Of a DNA stretch of 32,000 bases, positions 9,910 through 16,830 are shown piece after piece (positions within the stretch are counted from its first letter, which is position 1; each line of letters opens with the position of its first letter). The notes under the pieces are model-generated. The model saw only the letters and a list, made by a program, of their open reading frames with translations, made no database searches and was not told the DNA's origin. Position numbers and translations under genes: made by a program. Source of the stretch: Vulcanisaeta distributa DSM 14429 (GTDB lineage: Archaea > Thermoproteota > Thermoprotei > Thermoproteales > Thermocladiaceae); assembly GCF_000148385.1 (NCBI RefSeq), contig NC_014537.1, positions 1,320,001 through 1,352,000 on the forward strand. Reading direction: 5' to 3'.

Positions 9910-9957
9910 TTCTGAGACCTGGGTAAACATTAATAATGTGAGCATTATTAACATAAT

Positions 9958-10434
9958 GTGAGCCTAAAATTACCACCATACACATTCGACGACTTCCAGG
10001 TAGGCATGAAAATGAGGTCACAGGGACTAACGATCACTGAGACACACATAATACAATTCGCCGGGTTAACGGGGGATTACAACCCACTACATGTTGATGA
10101 CCTATTCGCAAAAGAGACCATATTTGAGGGTAGGGTGGCCCATGGATTACTAGTCCAGGCGCTTGCCGTGGGTCTCTTCGCGCCGTTAGTCGCCGGAACA
10201 ACGATCGCATTGCTCGAGGTTCACTCGAGGTTCCTGAAGCCGGTAAAAATCGGAGATACAATATACGTAGAGTCCGAGGTCGTCGACAAGAAACCAAGTG
10301 AGAAGTACAACGGTGGCGTGATAACCTTCAAGCATGAGGTTAAGAATCAAAGAGGTGAGACTGTAGCCACGATAGAAACGAAGCTATTAATAGCAAGGGG
10401 ATTAGCAACAAAGAGAAACGCGTTAAGAGCATAA
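9958..10434 (+). CDS. MaoC-like (R)-specific enoyl-CoA hydratase/dehydratase (hot-dog fold)
   Basis: FAGLTGDYNPLHVD...FEGRVAHG is the MaoC dehydratase signature. 158 aa, GTG start. Confidence 0.85.
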   Translation: MSLKLPPYTFDDFQVGMKMRSQGLTITETHIIQFAGLTGDYNPLHVDDLFAKETIFEGRVAHGLLVQALAVGLFAPLVAGTTIALLEVHSRFLKPVKIGDTIYVESEVVDKKPSEKYNGGVITFKHEVKNQRGETVATIETKLLIARGLATKRNALRA

Positions 10435-10459
10435 TGCCGTAAAATACGACGAGTAGCGC

Positions 10460-10466
10460 TTTTAAA
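10460..10466 (+). promoter_or_regulatory. TATA-box-like element of the tRNA-Gln promoter
   Basis: ttttaaa lies about 23-29 nt upstream of the first tRNA nucleotide (10489), which is the spacing expected for an archaeal TATA box. Confidence 0.45.
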
Positions 10467-10488
10467 CTGGTTTCTTCTCATTGTTATT

Positions 10489-10581
10489 AGCCGGGTCGTC
10501 TAGCGGCCAAGGATGGCGGGCTTTGGACCCAACAGGGGTAGAAACCCGTTGACCCCGGTTCGAATCCGGGCCCGGCTACCA
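10489..10581 (+). tRNA. tRNA-Gln: tRNA-Gln (anticodon UUG) with a 17-nt intron at canonical position 37/38 and a genomically encoded CCA
   Basis: The acceptor stem AGCCGGG pairs with CCCGGCT, followed by discriminator A and CCA. The T-arm is CCCGG-TTCGAAT-CCGGG. The anticodon stem GCGGG pairs with CCCGT. The anticodon loop is CTTTGG|A, with TTG at 10523-10525. The intron at 10527-10543 (ACCCAACAGGGGTAGAA) folds by eye into a bulge-helix-bulge. The mature length is 76 nt including CCA. Confidence 0.85.
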
Positions 10582-10814
10582 CCTTTACATTCAACTCCTT
10601 TGATTTTATACCATGATTCAATGCGTTTCGTGTTACGGTTCATCTCCATAGCCATTGATGTTCCTTTTTAGAGAGTATGTATATATCTAGATGGTGTATT
10701 AAATTGCCGTTACTGGCCTTTTAGGTTAGTGGAGAGGATATTCATCTTCGGGCTGGTTATAATGACAAGATTGAGCTCAGGGACCTCATTGCATGGGTAG
10801 ATTTCTATTTATAA

Positions 10815-11420
10815 TTGCGCCTATTTATTGTGTTTTTGAAGGATGAGTTCCTGAGATTGCTTGAGGAGGATAGGGAGTTTAGGTATGCTATAATGGGTTT
10901 GTTGGGTATTGTTAATCTTAGGAATGCGGTTAGTGACTTGGTTAGTGCGATGAGGGCATTGACTGAGGAGGTCAAGGGTGTTAGGGCTGATGTTAATGAG
11001 CTTAAGAGTGGCTTTTCGTCCCTTGGGAATAGGGTTAGTAAGATCGAGACAAGAATTGGTAGTATTGAGACGAGAATTAGCAGTATTGAGGCAAGGCTTG
11101 ACGGAGTTGAGGTGAGACTTGATAAGGTTGAGGGTAGACTTGATAGAATTGAGGAGAGTCTTGATAGGATTGATAGAACGATGGAGCGCATGATAATGTC
11201 GCTTGAAGAGGAGGCGAATTACGTGGCTCAGTATTACCTGGGCCAGAGAGGTATAGTGGTTAAGACTGGGCCAACGTACCTAGACGCTAGGTATGAGTTT
11301 GATATTTACGGCACTAATGGTAGGGTTACAGTTGTTGGCGAGGCAAAGGTTAGGGCTGGACCGGACACGGTTAGGGAGGTTAATGATAGGGTTAATGAGG
11401 CTATAAAGCAATTATCGTGA
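10815..11420 (+). CDS. coiled-coil heptad-repeat protein with a PD-(D/E)xK-like C-terminal module, member of a multi-copy crenarchaeal family; the 3' end appears truncated or frameshifted
   Basis: The N-terminus is DEFLRLLEEDREFRYAIMGLLG, followed by six or seven heptads and then YEFDIYG...VVGEAKVR (a nuclease-fold-like E/D...EAK pattern). A conserved-looking C-terminal segment (VLYCMRALPGTVEEANRLGIWLIESVR) sits in another frame at 11423-11506. The TATA-like tatttataa at 10806-10814 suggests the real start is GTG 10830 or TTG 10836 rather than 10815. Confidence 0.6.
   Translation: MRLFIVFLKDEFLRLLEEDREFRYAIMGLLGIVNLRNAVSDLVSAMRALTEEVKGVRADVNELKSGFSSLGNRVSKIETRIGSIETRISSIEARLDGVEVRLDKVEGRLDRIEESLDRIDRTMERMIMSLEEEANYVAQYYLGQRGIVVKTGPTYLDARYEFDIYGTNGRVTVVGEAKVRAGPDTVREVNDRVNEAIKQLS
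11043..11189 (+). repeat. in-frame 21-bp (7-aa) tandem repeat, about 7 units, encoding the coiled-coil heptads
   Basis: The units are atcgagacaagaattggtagt, attgagacgagaattagcagt, attgaggcaaggcttgacgga, gttgaggtgagacttgataag, gttgagggtagacttgataga, attgaggagagtcttgatagg and attgatagaacgatggagcgc. They encode IETRIGS, IETRISS, IEARLDG, VEVRLDK, VEGRLDR, IEESLDR and IDRTMER. Confidence 0.85.
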
Positions 11421-11539
11421 AGGTGCTCTATTGCATGAGGGCGTTGCCTGGCACGGTGGAGGAGGCTAATAGGCTCGGTATATGGCTAATTGAGTCAGTC
11501 AGGTAGATTAAGCGCCTTCTAATTACTTGTGAGGCACCA

Positions 11540-12334
11540 TTAGCGTGGTCTTGGATATAATACAATTACCTCGCTGGATCTTCCTAATCTTTCATGGCTC
11601 ATTGCCTTGACATATTTACTCGCGCTGTTCATGGCGTCACTTAACTCCTCTCTCGTTGGTCTTCTCCATGGTGTTCCAGGTATTGGTATTAATGGGTCAA
11701 TTATTAGGACTGGATCCCTCACAATACTTGCCAGGTACTTTGCAATTTCCTCAATGTCCTTAGCATCATTTAGGCTAGGTATTAACACGGTCTCGAATAT
11801 GACTCTGACATTGCTCTTTATTAATCTCCTTATGTTCCTCAGGACTGGTTCGAGGGGTTTCCCTGTGTACTTAATGTGCTTATCTGGATCAAGCGTTTTA
11901 ATTCCAATTACAACCTCGCAGTTGGTGCATTGACTTAACTCGTTTAGTAGTTCATTACTTATTTCGTAGGCATTCGTTAGTAGTCTTATCCTTAATTTTC
12001 TATCTCTTAACTCCCTTATTATTGTTGGTAACATAGGATCAATCGTCGGCTCCTCACCCCCAAGAACAGTCTCCTCTAGTCCGTAATTTATCATGGCATC
12101 ATCAATTATACTCAGGAATTCATCAATGTTTAGTAGTCCTTGGAACTTCAATCTGACAAGCTCCTTGTTTTCTAGGTGATGGTCCCATGGAGTCAGCCTT
12201 CTTATGCACCATGGACAGGTGAAGTTGCATCCTAGGAATTGTACGTATGCTGAGCGCAGGTCTATGTAGTACGTTATGTGACTTATTCTTGTGCTCACAT
12301 GGTTGGTTAGAAATCCTATTTTTAAGCATGGCAA
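11540..12334 (-). CDS. radical SAM protein (small activase-like, PflA/COG1180-type), function unknown
   Basis: The CxxxCxxC cluster motif is FLGCNFTCPWC, followed by the GGEPT glycine-rich SAM motif (VLGGEEPTIDP). 264 aa. Confidence 0.8.
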   Translation of the reverse strand: MPCLKIGFLTNHVSTRISHITYYIDLRSAYVQFLGCNFTCPWCIRRLTPWDHHLENKELVRLKFQGLLNIDEFLSIIDDAMINYGLEETVLGGEEPTIDPMLPTIIRELRDRKLRIRLLTNAYEISNELLNELSQCTNCEVVIGIKTLDPDKHIKYTGKPLEPVLRNIRRLIKSNVRVIFETVLIPSLNDAKDIEEIAKYLASIVRDPVLIIDPLIPIPGTPWRRPTREELSDAMNSASKYVKAMSHERLGRSSEVIVLYPRPR

Positions 12335-12427
12335 TTATCAAGTAAAGTTAATAATGCATTGCATTGATTTTTACTTTGATGCTGATGACTTGCCCAACTG
12401 ATGGGTGATGTGGATTAGGGGCTGGGC

Positions 12428-13261
12428 TTAGATGATTGGTTCTGCGTCAGTACTCTTCAATGCTGAAATTGCTATCTCCTTATCATCCTGGGGCTTATTA
12501 CCAGCAACACCAATAGCGAATAATGAACCCTGTAACTTAAAGGGTATTCCACCGGCCGTCACTGTCAGTCTCTCATTCCAACCAATACCATACTCAATAC
12601 CTACCTCATTAACTATGGAATCTGATGGGACTCTAAAGGCTACTGCTGTCCAGGCCCTATCGCGTGAGACCTCAATATAGCCATAGGGAGTCCCATCCAT
12701 CCTATAGATCAATACCGGCCATCCCCACTCATCAGCTATTGTTATAACCACTGGACGCAGCTTCTTCTCTATGACATAGTTGATCACGGCATCTGCCACC
12801 CTCCTTAATGACCTAAGTCTATCCTCGCCGGCGAAGTCTATATGATCCTCCCTATAAAATGCGCTCAACCCCGCCTGTGCTATTGCCTCATCCTCCTCAG
12901 CAGAGCCACCACTATGCCCTATACCACCAATAACTCTATTGCCCGAGACCACGGGTACCGAGCCGGGTATTATCGTGAGCCTACCACCATACTTAACATT
13001 AAGTCTCCAACCCTGACCCCTCGTAATAACCTCAAGAACTCTAGCTGATGTTTTCATTGTTGCTGCAGTCCAGGCCTTGTCAATTGCTATATCGAAGGTC
13101 GCGGGTGGGCCATTGTCCCTACGTTCAACCGCAATTACATGACCACCCTCATCAACCACGGCAAAACTACCTGGTGGCACCTTATTATCCTGGGCATACC
13201 TAATCATTGCATTAATCATCTTCTTCGCGATATCGAGAGTTAAGAATCTTGGTACGCTCAT
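12428..13261 (-). CDS. tandem-domain GlcG/HbpS-like (DUF336) putative heme- or cofactor-binding protein
   Basis: There are two DUF336-like halves. The first has FAVVDEGGHVIAVERRDN...AIDKAWTAA...GGIGHSGGSAEEDEAIAQAGL. The second has IADEWGWPVLIYRMDG...SRDRAWTAVAF...FAIGVAGNKPQDDKEIAISAL. Its start ATG overlaps the stop of the upstream oxidoreductase (ATGA). Confidence 0.75.
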   Translation of the reverse strand: MSVPRFLTLDIAKKMINAMIRYAQDNKVPPGSFAVVDEGGHVIAVERRDNGPPATFDIAIDKAWTAATMKTSARVLEVITRGQGWRLNVKYGGRLTIIPGSVPVVSGNRVIGGIGHSGGSAEEDEAIAQAGLSAFYREDHIDFAGEDRLRSLRRVADAVINYVIEKKLRPVVITIADEWGWPVLIYRMDGTPYGYIEVSRDRAWTAVAFRVPSDSIVNEVGIEYGIGWNERLTVTAGGIPFKLQGSLFAIGVAGNKPQDDKEIAISALKSTDAEPII

Positions 13262-14472
13262 GATGATACACTCCTCCTAGCCCTTGGGTCAAAACCCTTC
13301 TTAGGCTCAAGCCTAAGTCCCGACTGTATTAATAACTCAATTACCTTCTTACCGAGCATTGGTGATGCTGATACACCGGCAGGACCGAGCACTATGTTGA
13401 TCCAGTTAGGCACGTAATCAGGTATGTCAACTACAAAGTCATGCCAACCAGTATCTGCGTTTGTGTATGCCATGAACCCTGTGAATGACTTAACGATATG
13501 TCTTTCAAAGGGTATTTCTGGGAATAATTCCTTAGCAACCTTAATATTATGATTAACGGCTTCCTCGCGAACAGCCTTATCACTCTTATATGTGAGTTCT
13601 AGGTAAATACCTGATCTGGCGAAACCATAAATATTAGGTAATACGGCCTTTACATGGGGTAAATCCTCCATCCTAGGTAGTACGTGTACCTCATGACTTA
13701 TTAATTTACCAACCTCCTCATCAAAGTCTGTTAATGTACCCTTCAACGGAACTATTGAGAAGTTCCTTGCACCAACCATCTCAGCAACTCTATCAACCTC
13801 AATACCGGAGGCATTAATCACAAAGGTTGACTTAATGATCAATCCCTGCCTAGTATAGATACTATACGTTATACCTTGTCTTTCAATCTTAATAACTTCC
13901 TGTTTAAGTAAGAACTCAACACCATTAGCCTTAGCATTCTCAGCAAGAGCCTTGGCAACCTTAATCGGGTCTGTAATGCATAGATTTGGGTCATATAGTG
14001 CGCCCAAGGCGTTCGGCATAACATATGGCTCCATATCCAGAAGTTGCTTTCTATTCACAAACTCGAGGGGTTGAAAACTACCCTCAGGAATGTAATAAGG
14101 CGCATTTGGTTCAAGTGAGGACTTGAACGCCCTTGAATAAAGCCTTAGGTATCTCTTGAAATCAGCCTTATCCCTAATTAGCCAAAGACCACCAACCTTC
14201 TTCAATGGAAAGTTCAGTTCATCAGCAAGTTTCGGCCAAAGCGGTATGCTCTTAATATTCAATTCAGCATGGAGCGTACCTGGCCTGAATGACAGAGAAT
14301 CGCCACCTTGACAGACCAAGTTATGGTTTGTTGATGTACTTTCTAGACCAACATCGTCATGCCTCTCAATAACAGCAACATTAATGCTGTATTGAGACAA
14401 CTCACGAGCTATGGACACACCGGCAATACCACCACCAATAATCGCAACATCAAAATTAAGTGGTTCCGGCAT
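13258..14472 (-). CDS. FAD-dependent oxidoreductase (DAO family; GlpA/GlpD or L-2-hydroxyglutarate oxidase-like)
   Basis: The N-terminal dinucleotide-binding motif is FDVAIIGGGIAGVSIARELS...VAVIERHD. 404 aa. There is a 4-nt ATGA overlap with the downstream DUF336 gene. Confidence 0.85.
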   Translation of the reverse strand: MPEPLNFDVAIIGGGIAGVSIARELSQYSINVAVIERHDDVGLESTSTNHNLVCQGGDSLSFRPGTLHAELNIKSIPLWPKLADELNFPLKKVGGLWLIRDKADFKRYLRLYSRAFKSSLEPNAPYYIPEGSFQPLEFVNRKQLLDMEPYVMPNALGALYDPNLCITDPIKVAKALAENAKANGVEFLLKQEVIKIERQGITYSIYTRQGLIIKSTFVINASGIEVDRVAEMVGARNFSIVPLKGTLTDFDEEVGKLISHEVHVLPRMEDLPHVKAVLPNIYGFARSGIYLELTYKSDKAVREEAVNHNIKVAKELFPEIPFERHIVKSFTGFMAYTNADTGWHDFVVDIPDYVPNWINIVLGPAGVSASPMLGKKVIELLIQSGLRLEPKKGFDPRARRSVSS

Positions 14473-14536
14473 ATGTATTTGTACTTATTTTAGTTATTAA
14501 ATAATGCAAATAAAGGAACTATATATTTAATGAAAC

Positions 14537-15469
14537 TCACACGCTGGAATAAACTAAGTACTTAATGCCGTTGAACACAACCTCTTTTGTGAAGTTCCTT
14601 ATTTCATCAAGAATAGACATATCCAAGTTATTCCTCTTAATAACATCCATTACCTGCTCGATAGTCATTGGTTGTATCTTAAGGATACCTAACAAACTAT
14701 TTACTGGATCATTCCTATCTATATGAAACTCCCCTCTCTCAATATAATCTATTATGAATATCCTATCACTATTCACATACCTCGAAAGTACCCTAGCAAG
14801 ATTAATTAGTACATCGGACGTTGGTGGCTTAACCCAGGACTCGGCTGGTGGCCTTGTCGGTACCATAATATAAACCCTATCCGGCTTATATCTTCTCATG
14901 GTATTACCTATGCGTTTCATTTCATCCTCATTATCATTCACCCCCTGCACAAGCATTACCTCGGTCCATATTTGCCCACTAAATATCTCACGGAACCTCT
15001 CAATACCCTCTATGAACCTATCAAATGTTATCTCCCTATGTGGTCTATTGATCAGCCTAAATGTTTTCTCACTCCCTGCATCAGTACTTACCTTAACCAC
15101 GTTTAATTCACTTAACCAAGACCTGACGTTTTCATCAATTAACTTAGCCCCATTAGTCAGTATTGCCAATGGCTTATCCTGATTATTCCTAGCCCATTGT
15201 ATTAGCTTTCCAAGCCCAGCATATAGTGTTGGTTCTCCATCACCAATAAATGTTAAATAATCATAATCCCTGGTCCTCGTAGCTATCTCTAACTCCTTAA
15301 TTATATCCTCAGGTGGGTAAAACATTCTTAAGTCATTTATTACGTGCCTTGTCCTGCCAAGTTGACAATATATGCAGTTGAAATTACAGTACTTAAGCGG
15401 GACAACATTGACGCCCAATGATCTACCTAATCTACGTGAAGGTACAGGCCCAAAGACATAATTAGTCAT
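14537..15469 (-). CDS. radical SAM protein (COG0731-like), function unknown
   Basis: The N-terminus FGPVPSRRLGRSLGVNVVPLKYCNFNCIYCQLG carries the CxxxCxxC motif, and GDGEPTL follows. There are no further cysteines, so no SPASM or twitch auxiliary cluster. Confidence 0.85.
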   Translation of the reverse strand: MTNYVFGPVPSRRLGRSLGVNVVPLKYCNFNCIYCQLGRTRHVINDLRMFYPPEDIIKELEIATRTRDYDYLTFIGDGEPTLYAGLGKLIQWARNNQDKPLAILTNGAKLIDENVRSWLSELNVVKVSTDAGSEKTFRLINRPHREITFDRFIEGIERFREIFSGQIWTEVMLVQGVNDNEDEMKRIGNTMRRYKPDRVYIMVPTRPPAESWVKPPTSDVLINLARVLSRYVNSDRIFIIDYIERGEFHIDRNDPVNSLLGILKIQPMTIEQVMDVIKRNNLDMSILDEIRNFTKEVVFNGIKYLVYSSV

Positions 15470-15790
15470 GTTAACATCTAGGGTACTAGCATTGTATTTA
15501 TTAAAATACTTTATTAAATGTTGTATTTCTATTTCTAATAAATTAGTAATTGAACATAAAAATAAAAAATAATTAATAAAACCTCTTTCTACATCTGTAT
15601 ACGTAATAAGGTATCACGTATTGAAGAGATAATGATATTATATGTATAATATTTAATTAATAGAAAGGGTATCCACTAGATAATGATTATTGCTTAAAGA
15701 GTTTTCGTAAATTTTTAGGATAGTTCTCTAATTAGTTATCTCGTGATTAGTCAAAGAGTTGAGTACTCAAGGAAAATATATCAGGAGGCC

Positions 15791-15889
15791 ATGATGCAGT
15801 GCCTAAAGCCGTGGTACACCGATGATTGTCATAGGTGTAGATCGGAATTTAATAGGTGTTTAAGTAGTTACCTATTGTTATTAAACTAG
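15791..15889 (+). CDS. candidate 32-aa Cys-rich micro-ORF (MMQCLKPWYTDDCHRCRSEFNRCLSSYLLLLN), not in the supplied ORF track
   Basis: ATG 15791 is preceded by aggagg (15783-15788), and the stop is tag at 15887-15889. The four cysteines follow C-x8-C-x2-C-x6-C. The ORF coincides with a visibly GC-richer island inside a very AT-rich 435-bp spacer and ends 15 nt before the next gene. Confidence 0.25.
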   Translation: MMQCLKPWYTDDCHRCRSEFNRCLSSYLLLLN

Positions 15890-15904
15890 GGGAATGTTTA
15901 TAGA

Positions 15905-16381
15905 GTGTTCGTTAAAAATTATTGTGTGACGTACATATTTCCAAGTAGGGAGTGGGTTGATGTCTTATGTCTGAGCCTTAATAGCGATAGGGACTTCCTT
16001 AATGCGATAAATGGCTGGAAAATAGATTTATTATTAGTCGGTAGGAATCTAAGTCCCAATGTAATTAATTACCTGCAGAGAACTTACGGTGTTAATAGGG
16101 TTGATACGGTAGGTATATTCCTTAAATTCAATAATTCATGTAATGAGGCATCCTTCATTATAAATCCAGACGTTGGTTCGTACGATTACGTGGTTATTGC
16201 AGACTATGATGTGTGGCTTAAGGTCCTTAGTGGGTTGAGTGACCCGGTGACGACGATGCTTAGCGTGTTTAGGAAGCTTGAGGTTAGGGGTAGTATGGTT
16301 ACACTGGTTAGACTAGCTGCAAACATAGTTTCGCCGATGGCAAGGGTTATTATGAGGATACCAACGGAGATAATAAGGTAA
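15905..16381 (+). CDS. SCP2 sterol-carrier-like domain protein
   Basis: The FPSREWVDVLCLSLNSDRDF N-terminus and the C-terminal WLKVLSGLSDPVTTMLSVFRKLEVRGSMVTLVRL resemble the SCP2 fold signature (G.l.p..a...gkl...G.m). GTG start. Confidence 0.5.
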   Translation: MFVKNYCVTYIFPSREWVDVLCLSLNSDRDFLNAINGWKIDLLLVGRNLSPNVINYLQRTYGVNRVDTVGIFLKFNNSCNEASFIINPDVGSYDYVVIADYDVWLKVLSGLSDPVTTMLSVFRKLEVRGSMVTLVRLAANIVSPMARVIMRIPTEIIR

Positions 16382-16417
16382 TTTCTATTTTTAATTTTAA
16401 TAGGTTATGGCGTTATG

Positions 16418-16750
16418 TTACCACCACCAATGCCACCAACGCCTTCCGCCATGCCATCCTCCGTAGAACCAACCCCAGCCTGGACCCCATGGTGCAGGTG
16501 GTGGGTATGGATAGCTTGCGTACCAGTTCTTGAAGCTCTTGCCAAGATCTGTTAATTCCACGTATTCCTCATTACCCTCCCTAACAACCCTTATTAAGCC
16601 TGCCATCTGCAGTGCACTTATTGCATAGTCAAAGGCTGCACCATAAAGTGGTACCTTGCTTCTTAAATCACTTATCTTAATCCTATCCGTTATCTGGTTC
16701 AGTATTATCCATGCGCCCCATCTCGTTATTCCGAACATACTTATCACCAA
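16418..16750 (-). CDS. small winged-helix-like protein with a Trp/Gly/Pro-rich C-terminal tail
   Basis: The N-terminal two thirds (ILNQITDRIKISDLRSKVPLYGAAFDYAISALQMAGLIRVVREGNEEYVELTDLGKSF) look like a wHTH domain. The tail is PYPPPAPWGPGWGWFYGGWHGGRRWWHWWW. The start is ambiguous (TTG 16750, GTG 16747, ATG 16738). Confidence 0.5.
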   Translation of the reverse strand: MVISMFGITRWGAWIILNQITDRIKISDLRSKVPLYGAAFDYAISALQMAGLIRVVREGNEEYVELTDLGKSFKNWYASYPYPPPAPWGPGWGWFYGGWHGGRRWWHWWW

Positions 16751-16830
16751 TATCGGTTCTGATATCGGATTTAAAAACCTTTCTCATCATGCATTCTTAT
16801 GAATAGCATAATGCATATGCATGTATTTAA

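Noticed and set aside
10805-11191. A 128-aa minus-strand ORF lies opposite the heptad-repeat gene.
   Set aside because: Its SSL/TS-rich product mirrors the 21-bp repeats on the other strand, so it is a repeat-generated shadow ORF.
10582-11520. A possible integrated element at the 3' end of tRNA-Gln.
   Set aside because: There is no integrase gene, and I found no direct repeat of the tRNA 3' segment (ggttcgaatccggg...) downstream within the window. The adjacent gene belongs to a dispersed chromosomal family rather than a recognisable virus or plasmid module.
12378-12430. A candidate C/D-box sRNA: cTGATGA (12382-12388), CTGA (12398-12401) and GTGATGT (12405-12411).
   Set aside because: The spacing between the C box and D' box is only 9 nt rather than about 12. 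No terminal CUGA D box follows (the sequence reads ctgg), and there is no terminal stem. The region is also the promoter of the radical SAM gene.
15470-15904. A possible replication origin in the long AT-rich spacer.
   Set aside because: I could find no ORB or mini-ORB-like inverted repeats flanking the AT-rich core. There is no orc1/cdc6 gene adjacent. AT-richness alone is insufficient.
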